Shown here piece by piece: positions 45,002 through 56,376 of a stretch of 64,000 bases of DNA. Below the pieces are notes generated by a model, which was not told the DNA's origin, searched no databases, and worked only from the letters and a program-made list of their open reading frames with translations. Position numbers and translations under genes: made by a program. Each line of letters opens with the position of its first letter. The first letter of the stretch is position 1. Source of the stretch: Eledone cirrhosa (taxonomy: Eukaryota); assembly GCA_964016885.1 (NCBI GenBank), contig OZ024741.1:387190001-387254000 (forward strand), given 5' to 3'.

Positions 45002-46929
45002 CATATATATATATACATATATATATATATGTGTATATACACACAGAGACACATATATATATTATATACACACACACACAGAGTTGACAGACACGTTCAG
45101 GTAAACACAGGCTAGTGTTATAAGCAAATATTTGGAGAGGAAGGAAGGAAGTATAACAGAGATGGTTTTGATATTGTCACTGTCGTATCTACAATCCCAC
45201 CCTGGCTACTATCTGTCACAAACACCACCACTAACACAACAAACACCAACATCTCCATCTTCCACAATAATCCTCCTGTTATTACTCTTCGTTGTCATTG
45301 TCGGCTTCCTCATCATCATCATCATCATCATCATCAGAGAGAGCTAAATCTCCTCAATTCATACCCTACTGACTAAAAATTAAAAAGAAAAGACATAGTA
45401 GATAATGTGGTTTAGAATACAGATATACCTCACCCTATGTCATTAATTGGTTCCAGAAGTCAAGAATTGAGTAAAATAAATCATGAATGTCAAATAAATT
45501 GCTAATAGGAAGGAATTGGTTGACAAGATCTCAGACCTTGTCAAATCAGACCAAGGAAAAAATGTTTCCATTGGTCTTTCCATTGCTGATACTATCTACT
45601 GGTCACAACCCCTGGCAGAAAGAGCAACATGAAATAAAGTGTCTTGCTCAAGTACATAACGCATCACCAGGTCCAAAAATCAAACTTTCAACCTCATAAT
45701 TGCAAATCCAACATTCTACCCACTAAGCTATGCACATTCACTAATAGGTATTCCCTACGTTACTTTATGCTATATATTTTAGCATTTATTTAACCTTTTA
45801 GCATTTACATTACTCTATATGTACTATTATATTTTCACGGTAAAAGCTTTACCTCACATAATTATCTCACATAATATCGAATCTATGACATTTGATATTA
45901 TTTATTTTGAGTACAATACCTTAACATCAGTATGAGTGGCCAGTTATGGTCAGTTTGAACAGAAAGAGGTGAAAGAATTCTGGCTGGATACAGCCTGTTT
46001 AAATGCTAAAGGGTTTAATGTGATTTTATGTTTTTATTGTTTTTTTAGTCTTTTTATGGTTTAATATTTTTGGCAGATCAATGTAAAATTAAGTCAATCA
46101 ACATAACATCAGATTTATTTTTGCCATATAATATAAAAAAAAACTGCCATAACTCTGAAAATGATGAAACTCAAAACAATGTAAGCCAAGGTATACCTGT
46201 ATATGTCTAACAAAAAGGAAGTTGAGCTGGTCAGGCTGGATAATGTTTGATTATATATGTCTATTTAATCAAGGCTTACGTGGGGTTAAATTACAACTAC
46301 AATCTCTGGTACCATGGCAATTGCAAAAAATAAAAAGATGAAATAGTTGAAACATTAAATATCATCATCATTGCAACTACAGTCGAATATTCCTGACAAA
46401 GTCTCTCCACAATTCACAATATTCCATTGCTCCTGGCAACTGCTCCCTACTGAGATTTGTATTTTCTAAGAGTTGATTGATGAATATTCAAGCAGGTCTT
46501 CTTCTACTGCGTCTCCCGTGATTTGGTTTCCACAACAGTAGCTTGTGTATAACTTCTTGCTTACTTTTCCAGCAATGTCCTGTAAATCGTAATCATCTTT
46601 CAGCAATTTCAGTTGTTATCTTGGGTATGTTTCCGTATAAACTTTCATTTGTAATATGTTGACGCCAGTTTATATTTTATACAACCCTAAGCATTTTAGT
46701 GTATGCACCATCTAGTTTCATCTCAAGTGTTTATATCAGAGTCCATGTGCCTGATCCAAACAACACTGACTCTGAAGAATGATATTTTGATTTTTCTAGG
46801 TAGATCTGACTTCCATAGATCTTTCCATTTTTTTCATTTCAGCCCAAACTTTGGAAATTCTAATGTCAATGTCATTTTTTGATGAACTTGTCCAGTTGCC
46901 CAAACATTTAAAAAATCCTCAACACGATT

Positions 46930-47560
46930 GGCATGCAGCTAGACAACAATAGCCTGCGCATCGGCATTTCCTTGAGGCTCAGCCTCTGGATCTGTGAGTC
47001 ACACCAATGTTGCTGTGGATCCACCGTGGACTCTTTCGGCCTCCACCCGCTTTCCTGTCACCACAGTGCCAGCCGCCTCCCACGGCATGCTGCTCTCAAC
47101 GAGGTCATAAAGCATGGCTTGGATGCTGCGGGCTTCCCTTCCCAGCTCGAGCCGGTGGGGCTGGACCAAGGGGACAGCAAAAGGCCAGATGGCATGACCA
47201 TCTTCCTGTTCTGCGGTGGCAAACCCCTCGTCTGGGATGCTACTTACACCGACACTTTCTGCAGCCGCAACCTGGTGCAGTCTGCGACTAAACCAGGTTC
47301 TGCTGCACGTCGGGCTGAGGAGGCCAAGCTCCTCAAATACTGGTCACTCTGAGACAGGTTTGCGGTTGTATCCCTGGCAGTGGAGTCTTCTGGTGTCCTC
47401 GGCCCTAGGGCTACCTCCCTACTCACCACCATAGGCGCTGAGTTGGCTAGCCGCAGGTGTGAACCCCGCGAGTTGGAGTGGCTTTTCCAGCGCGTCTCCC
47501 TTGCCGTCCTCCGTGGGAACGCCTTCTCCATCCTGTCCGCTGGAGCTGGGGAGGGGGGGC
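46930..47560 (+). mobile_element. CRE-like non-LTR 3' end (CCHC plus REL endonuclease), interrupting an older minus-strand LINE remnant
   Basis: GC-rich; CCCG..GLHPLSC..RHAALN..KRPDG..LVWDAT..FQRVSLAVLRGNA; one stop. Confidence 0.75.
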
Positions 47561-48845
47561 ATCACGTAATATTCCATATTTAGGTATCTGTGTTCTCACA
47601 TGTAGATGCACGTCCTTTACTATAGTGTTGTGTCCTCTTTAATAGTGTTTTGTTTCCAGAAGTGCTGAAATGGCCTTTATGATCTACTAATTTTTTAATT
47701 CTGGCTGTCAATGTGGAATATTTCGTTGAATTTTCATTTAGTATTCTGCCATCCAGTGTGACAAGATTTCCATCTACTTGGTTTAGTGACATGTATACTG
47801 TCTTGGTAAAATTTATGTGTAAAACCAATATTAAATAAGAAATGTTGTAACCTAGAACCAAAAGAAAAAAGCTTCAATGGAGAAAAGAAAATGAAATTTT
47901 CTGTAAACATTTAACTCTTTTCATTCAAAACCACCATCCCTATCATCATCATCAACATCATTTAACGTCCATTGTCCATGCTTGCATAGATTAGACAGGT
48001 TGTTATGTTATGAGACAATTCAGGTCAGAAGACTATGTCATGCTCATACAGATCTGTATTTTGGCTTGGTTTCTACAGCTGGAAGCCCTTCCTCACACCA
48101 ACCATGTTACAGTATGGACTGGGTGTGTTTTGTTATATCAACAGCATGATCACCCTACAGGTTGGACTGGGTGCTTTTTGTCATGTCACCAGCATGACCA
48201 CCTTACAAGGTGGACTGGGTACTTTTTGTCATTTCAAATTCACAACTTCTTTACAGAGTAAACTGAGTGTTTTTATTTTATCTAAAAACCTTCCATCATA
48301 ATTTAATGTAAGACCCTTTGTCAAGTTATGTTCCAAACATCAGTTTAATAACAAGAAAGTTAGTTATATGACTAAATTTTTGATTATTTTTTAAATGATT
48401 TGAAAATCATAAGTGTTTTTCGTTAAAAATAATGGTTTCTGATTTAGGCACAAGGCCAACAGTTTGGAGGAGGGGAAAAGCTATTAAATCAACCCCAGTG
48501 TATAACTGATACTTTGTTTTATCGACCCTGGAAGGATGAAAATCAAAGCTAACCTTGGTGGGATTTTAACTGAGAATGTAAAGGAACGTAACTATATGCT
48601 GCAAAGCATGATGTTCAGCACCCTACCAATACTGCCAATCTACTGCCCTTTTTCCTTTAGAAATAATCAAACTGTTTAACACTACATATTCAGAATCATA
48701 AATCTCCACAACCATTTCAACTAATGCAAACTGATATTCAAACATTTTCAATGTCAAACTGAATACAAACTATAAACGCTAAACAACTTGATGAATTAAA
48801 ACATACATGAGCTGTTTGATACATCTACTAGATTATTAGATCATT

Positions 48846-49278
48846 TAACCCTTCAGCATTTACATTACTCTATATTTACTATCATGTTTTCATGGTAAAG
48901 GCTTTATCTCACATAATATCGAATCTATGAGATTTTGATATTATTTATGTTATGAGCAATACCTTATCACCAGCATGAGCAGCCGGTTGCAACCGGTTAC
49001 AGCCAGTTTGAACAGAAAGAGTTGAGAGAATTCTGGCTGGATATGGCCGGTTTAACCCTTTAGCATTTAAACCGGCTGTATCCAGCCAGAATTCTCTCAC
49101 CTCTTTCTGTTCAAACCAACCAGAACTAGCTGCTTATGCTAAATTTAAGGTATTGTTCTCAAATAATATCAAAATCTCGTAGATTCGATATTTTGTGAGA
49201 AAATTGTGTGAGGTAAAGCCTTTACCATGCAAAATACAATAATATATATAGAGTAATGTGTGAATGCTAAAGGGTTAA
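48846..49278. mobile_element. Two inverted copies of a ~200-bp TTAA-bounded (piggyBac-like) MITE; other copies near 23510, 32690, 45790, 63562
   Basis: Termini ttaaccct(t)tagcatt...aatgctaaagggttaa. Confidence 0.65.
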
Positions 49279-52200
49279 CATGTCACCCAACAAGTCATTC
49301 TGAATCATCTACTATAATTTCATATTCATCATATTATTCTACTTTGATTGCAACACCTGTTTTGTTCTCTATTTCTTGGCATGTCACAAAAATTATCAGC
49401 AACACTAAAATGTTCTCTATATCTCTCTTAATGTCTGTCAACTGGTAAAGTAAAACATTATATAAGCAGCACATCTTAAGAGACAGTCAGCCTCTTAGTC
49501 CTAGTCGACAGGATGGAGATGATATCACACCAGAGGATATCGGGGGAGTTGCACTGGAACAGCCCATCCACCTCGCAGGGCTTGCCCTTGTTCTATTATC
49601 CACTGCAATAAGTTGTGCAAGTCTTGTAGTGTGCTGTATCCAGTTCTCTGCATGTTTTGTATGCAGATTATGGAAGTATGGTATAGCCCAGTAACTTCTG
49701 ATGGAATCATTGGAGTGCCATATTGACATACAGTGTTTCTAGAGCATTTTTAAACCTGGCAAATCTCATCCCTTTCCAGGCCTGAGTACAGCAGATTTCT
49801 TTCAGAGAAGGATAGACGGTAAGAGAGAAGAAGTGAGAAAGAGATATAGAGACAAATCGATCCCAGTACTGACTGGTACTTTTTTATCTACCTTGAAAGG
49901 ATGAAAAGCAAAGTTGAACTTGGCGGCATTTGAACTCAAAGAGTAGAAAGCCAGAATGAATATGCTTGACCAATTGCAGCTTGGTGAGGCTTTTTAACCC
50001 ATAGTTGGGGGTAGATCACTGTTGACTCTGAGGAGTTCCTCCACCCTTTTAACAGCTCTTATCTTTTGTGCTGCTAGGGTTCCACTTACCTGCTTCACCA
50101 TATCAGGGTCTCGTAGGGAAGCAGGTTGGTTTATTTGCCAACCACTCGACCATGAAGCAAGTTGTACAGGGTTACATAGTACCAATAGTGAGAAGAAACC
50201 TAACCTGACATGAAATATATTCTCTAAAATGGTGGTGAGAGTCCAAGAAAGCTTAGAAAACAACTTAGAAAACATTTCAAAGGGGAAAGGAAACAGTAAC
50301 AGCTGTAAATTCCTGAAAAAATGCGTCTGTAGACAGAATGCTGCATCATGTCTTGGATGTCCATAGAGGCATTGATTAGATGGACTTTGGAGAAGAAAAT
50401 GAAAGCGGTGCCTCAACTGTGTAGAGATCACAATGAGAATGCCACTCACCCAGGTGGATGACGGACTTTGACATGGAGTGATTGATCCTTTAGATCAGGG
50501 TGGCATGTGGGGCTAGCGTGCCGAAAATGCAGGGGAGGTCAATCCGGAAGTGAGGGGCCAGTGACGTGACATCAGCAGTTTGCAGATTTTTCGCATCCTC
50601 TTTGAACTGGATATCCATGAGTGGCCGTGCATGTTCATGAGTGCTATGATTGTGTGTGAGAGACTCGCTATATTCTTTGGTTGGACGTAAAACAAGTGAA
50701 CATCCATGCTGAGTGATTCAGTCCAGACTCATGTGGAGAAGTAATGGGAGGTCCCTTAGCTTCCTTACGACATATGTAAATCAAAGAAACCACCATTTTG
50801 CAACTTTCTTAACACTCCCACCTCCCACCTCCAGCTAACACAACATGAAATTTCAATAGGTTATATGATTATAGGCAGAATCAATCAGTGACAATGAGTT
50901 CATTTTTCTATCTAAAGGTGATAAACAATAATTGTTTCTACTTTAGGCACAAGGCCAGAAATTACCCAGTGCATTACTGGTACTTTATTTTATCGACCCC
51001 GTAAGGATGAAAGGCAAAGTCAACCTTGGAGGGATTTGAACTCAGATCGTAAAGGGACGTAACTATGCTGGAAAGCATGGTGTCCGACCCTCTACCGATT
51101 CTGCCAATCCACCAACAATAATAATGGTTTAATTCTAGTTTCGGCACAAGGCTAACTATACGTGGAGAGGGTAAAGTCTATTAGATCGATCCCAGTGCAT
51201 TATTGGTACTTTATTTTATCAACCTCATATTGATGAAAGGCAAAGCTAACCTCAGCAGGATTTGATCTCAGAATGTAAAGGACCATAACTTTATACCATT
51301 AAGCATGTTGTCCAATGCTAAGGAATAATAGTTGAGGGAATAGCTATATGATTCATTATTGATTTGCCAGCAAAATGCAAATTAATTGAGAGAGTGACAT
51401 TCAATAAAAGAGACGTAGTTATCTAAATTTGCAAAGCTAAGATATTCACATACAGTTCAACTACATATCTGGTTTTTCTTTGGGTAATTCAGGTCACACT
51501 TAAAATGGACTCAAATCACCATACACTTGGCAAGTGCTTGTTTATTGGGTCAAGAGATTATTTTAATTTAAATAAACTTAATGATCTGTATAAATCCACA
51601 CCCACACAGAAAAAATGTTCAGTTAGTAAGCAACACACCCAAATAATCAAGCATGACATATAACCAGTAATATGACATGGGAGATGAATATCATTTGAGA
51701 AAGTACTTTAAAATTGAATTTTATTTTTTTCATTAGTAAGATGTTACAATCATGATGTTTCACATAAATTAGAATTCATGGAACCTTATCAATATAACAC
51801 ACAAAATATACAATCAAAGTGAAAAAAAGACATCAATTCAACACTAAGTGTGTTAATTGGTCACACACTACAAGGGGTCTCGAAACCTCCCTCTAATACA
51901 TTTTGAGGCAAGTCAAGACTCTAGCAGCATTACCACAGGTGATGGCAAGGCTAAGGCACTGAAACAACCAAGCACACTCACAATTATCACCTGACACCTT
52001 GGTAAGGCGAGCCATCAATGATGACAAGAACTCCACTGTCAGTGGCCCAGAGCCCTAAACTGTTTCAAATGCCACAGGCTGGAAGAAATAGTTTACTAAT
52101 AATTCCTGGTACATTAGAATTTTTTCCATTCAGTTATGGAAACAGTGACCATCACATTTAAATTTAAATGAATCATGTTTCTTTTCAAAAGTAAATCTTA

Positions 52201-52430
52201 ATATGGGCTACCACCAAATAGAATAAGATCCATTGTCTCCGACTAATCTGGCTGGATCTATAAGCAAGACCAGCTGAGTTTGTGGATATTATCTAACCCT
52301 CTTGCTCGGGAACTACCCCTGAGTCTCCTGCCAGTTGGTTTTGCTCATAAAATCTGTCCAGTAATTCTTTCCTGAGAGTCTATCCACAGGCCTGTAGTAC
52401 TGGAACTGTGATCTCTCAATTTGGAGAAGT

Positions 52431-52810
52431 AGTGACTCTACCTGAAACAACTCGCTAATCTCTGAGCTACACAGTGACTCTACCTGAAACAACTCACTGA
52501 TCTCTGAGCTACACAGTGACTCCATTTGGAATGACTCACTGATCTCTGGGCTACACAGTGACTCTACCTGAAGCAACTCATTGATCTCTGAGCTACACAG
52601 TAACTCTACCTGAAACAACTCACTGATCTCTGAGCTACACAGTAACTCTACCTGAAACAACTCACTGATCTCTGTGCTACACAGTGACTCTACCTGAAGC
52701 AACTCGCTCATCTCTGGGCTACACAGTGACTCTACCTGAAGCAACTCGCTCATCTCTGAGCTACACAGTGACTCTACTTGGAATGAGTTGCTGATCTCTG
52801 AGCTATACAC
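52431..52810. repeat. 42-bp minisatellite, about 9 copies
   Basis: agtgactctacctgaaacaactcactgatctctgagctacac units; one minus frame reads (QVESLCSSEISELF)n. Confidence 0.9.
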
Positions 52811-54392
52811 TTTATCAAAATCAACAACTCACTTAATGAACTGAAATCAAAATACAGCCCAACAAACCCCTTAAACAAACCCCTGACATAACCCTTAACT
52901 TAATAAAAAAAATTTTAAACTGAGCTGAAAAGTGACTACAGGCTAAACTAATAAATATGTAAATCTATTGCCAAATAAGGGGATTTTCTGTTCAGTACAA
53001 CAACATTTAAACAGATTTTAGAATAACCAAAATCCATTTTTTGTTTCAAACTAATCAACGACTAAACAAACTTGTTTACTGCAATCAAAGGTTCTTACAC
53101 ATTATATTTCATATGCAATAATTGTTTCTACTATTGGCACAAGGCCAGCAATTACCCAGTACATTACTGGTACTTTATTTTATCGACCCCGTAAGGATGA
53201 AAGGCAAAGTTAACCTCGGCGGGATTTGAACTCAGAATGGCAAGGGCCATAACTCTATGCATCAAAGCAAGGCGTCCGACCCTCTACCGATACTGCCAAT
53301 TCACCGCTATTTCATATGCAATAATAATAATTTTCGATTCTTCAAACAAACTGTTCAGGTTATTGTCTCATTTATATGGTGTATATGTTTCTCATAATTG
53401 GTAGAATGGTGATATTCTATGAGTCATATTGAATGCATATGGTACTTGACAAAACCATTATTGTGCATTTGACAGGTTATTCCTAAAATTTCTTCCATTG
53501 ATGACAAAAATCAGAAATCTTTAAATTCTTAATACAGTTGTAACTGACTTTCATGTATATGTGTGTGTGTGAGTGTGCGTATTTATAGTAATGGAAATGG
53601 ACAGTTACCACATGTGTATTTGTATGTATGTGTATGTGTGTATTGAGACACAACAACCTGAAAAAAAACGGTTTCAAATAATCACTCAATCGTGTTTGGC
53701 TATAGTATCTAGAATAAGGGCAGGATGGAAGATGTTTAGGGAGCTGCTTCCTCTGTTGACAATGAAGGGTTTCTCCCTATGAACAAAAGGTCATTTGTAT
53801 GATGCCTGAGTGAGATGTGCAATGCTGCAGTATAGAAAGATCACGAAAAACATGGTCGGAGGTGGTGAGAACTGACCTCAGATTGCTGAAGCTCAGAGGA
53901 GATGACGAAGGGCCATGACAAATGAAGAGATGCTGTACTGTAGAGGACCCGTCCCATCCTTGCAAGGATAAGTAAAATGATGATGATGATGATATATCAT
54001 CATCATCGTCATCACCGTTTAACATCCATTTTTCCAAACTAGTTGTTGCCATTCCTAATGCTAACTTCATTTACAGTATATATATACATACTGTATATAT
54101 ATCTATATATATGTATAGTAATAATAATAAATTTGAAGACTAAAATCCAAAGAGGGCTCGATAAGGATAAATATATATCAAATATATAAGAACCGTAGAG
54201 CACAACGTTTTCGAAATATTTACTTCTGCGTTCACAGATTGATTTTTTTAGTTTCAGAAAATCCCATTAAGGGTGAAAGCAGCGATTCTTTGCTTAAACT
54301 TTAATCTGTTATTTTAATAAATATATATATGTATATATATATGTATATATATATATAATATAAGATCAAAAGATGGTTAAAAGAGTTCCAAG

Positions 54393-54463
54393 TATTTTGT
54401 TATGCGCATTTCAAAAACAAATATCATCATGGGATGATATCTGCGTTCTCATCAGATAAAATA
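54393..54463 (-). ncRNA. Type I hammerhead ribozyme, inverted copy
   Basis: Mirror of 55091-55161 with one stem I mismatch. Confidence 0.62.
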
Positions 54464-55090
54464 GGGAGACATGATATGAAGCTTAAAAAACACTTGTGAG
54501 TAGTGAAGTTTTAAATCAACATATGAAAAATAAATTAAGATTGATGTATGAGATTGGGAAAAAGTGAGGTGGGTTGGAAAAGGTAAGGAAGAGGAAGAAA
54601 TAAGAGTAAAGAATTTATTAATATGTATTATTAAAATTAAAATATTAATATTTTAATTTTAATAATACATATTAATAAATTCTTTTCTTCGCACATATTA
54701 TTAAACCCTTCAATATACAAACCTTAATTTAATAGTATTCTTAATTCCTTTTTCTACATGCATAAACCTCATTAACTTTTAATTTCAAAATCTTTTAAAT
54801 TATCTATTATTTTCCAACGGCTTTTTAATTTCTCTCTGTGAGACAATATTTTTTCTCGGTTGTAAAGGCTATCTCTCTCTCTCTCTATCACCCATCTCTC
54901 CTCCTCTCTTATCCTTCCTTCTTATACTCCTCCCCCACCATCCTTTACTCTTATTTCTTCCTCTTCCTTACCTTTTCCAACCCCCCTCACTTTTTCCCAA
55001 TCTCATACATCCATCTTAATTTATTTTTCATATGTTGATTTAAAACTTCACTACTCACAAGTGTTTTTTAAGCTTCATATCATGTCTCCC

Positions 55091-55161
55091 TATTTTATCT
55101 GATGAGAACGCAGATATCATCCCATGATGATATTTGTTTTTGAAATGCGCATAATAAAATA
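55091..55161 (+). ncRNA. Type I hammerhead ribozyme (minimal, palindromic stem III)
   Basis: tattttat CTGATGA [long stem II] GAAA tgcgca TA^ ataaaata; 8-bp stem I; G-U in place of G-C at the base of stem II. Confidence 0.7.
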
Positions 55162-55577
55162 CTTGGAACTCTTTTAACCATCTTTTGATCTTATATTATT
55201 TATACTCCAGTCCTACAAACTGTAGAGTGCTACTTATCCGGTATTTGCATTGCTTTATTGTGCTACAATAAAACTCACCTCCTACATATATATATATATA
55301 AAGTGTTTTACTCAAGGACACAACATGCCATGGTGAATTGAACATACAACCATAACCTATGTGCCAGGTGCTTTTTCTTCAGTCTTGTCTGATGATCCTG
55401 TGAGTGCATAGGTAAAATTCCAGAGTAAGACTCACTACTCAGCCATATTAAATGAACATTTAAACACTACTTTGGTATTGAGTACTTTTTCTCACATCAA
55501 TCAATAATACATAGACATGTGTGTGTGGGTGTGTACACATACATATATGTGTGTGTGTGGAAAGAGAGAAAGAGATT

Positions 55578-55910
55578 ATATCATCATCATCATCATCATT
55601 TTACGTCCACTTTTCCCTGCTTGCAAGGGTGGGACGAGAACTGATTCTGGCTTGATTTCTACAGCTGGATGCCCTTCCTAACACCAACCTCATTTACAGT
55701 GAGTGCTGGGTGCTTTTTTGCCGTGGCACCTCCACGACCACTTTGCAGTGGAATGATATGGACCCCAGTCCCTATCATCTCATTTCTACAGCTGAGTAAA
55801 CTGGAGCAATGTGAAATAAAGTGTCTTGCTCAAGGAAACAACACATCACCCAGTCTGAGAATTGAACTCACAACCTTTCGATTGCAAGGCCAATGCTCTA
55901 ACCACTAAGC
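55578..55910 (-). mobile_element. tRNA-derived SINE (same family as 21077), 5' end abutting the PLE-flanking (TA)n
   Basis: Reverse complement of 43615-43960. Confidence 0.8.
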
Positions 55911-56037
55911 TATATATATATATATATATACACGCACCAGTTGCTTTCACTTCAATTTATTATATATTTATAAATTTACAAACTTATAAATTTCTGGTTG
56001 GTTGGTTGGTTCCACAACCAGATAGTTGTTTATATAT

Positions 56038-56082
56038 AGTCATAGTCCTTTCGTCACACACTCTGTGACCTCTTCAGTGACT
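56038..56082 (-). ncRNA. Minimal type I hammerhead ribozyme, mirror copy
   Basis: Exact reverse complement of 61938-61982. Confidence 0.72.
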
Positions 56083-56376
56083 GGGGATTCCTTTCTTCGT
56101 TTCTGTGCCTTTCCTTTCTTCTATCCTACGCCATTTTGTTTCTGTGTGTGTGTTGTGTGCTCAGTTTGCGCATGCGCCACATCCGGGTGTCTGTGTGTGT
56201 TTGTGTTCATTTATCTATTTGTTTATTTATTTATTTATTTATTGTTGGTTGGTTGTTTGTTCTATGTGTGCGTGTTTTCATTTTGTCCTTTGTGTGTTTT
56301 CATTTTGTGTGTGTTTTCATTTTGTCCTTAATTGTAAGTTGTTTGTTCTATGTGTGTGTGTGTTTTCATTTTGTCC

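Larger units (their letters stand above)
54355..55285. mobile_element. Non-coding PLE-type pseudo-LTR fold-back insertion with hammerheads, in (TA)n
   Basis: 257-bp inverted arms at 54355-54611 and 54943-55199; 78-bp perfect palindrome at 54608-54685; hammerhead motif in each arm. Confidence 0.7.
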
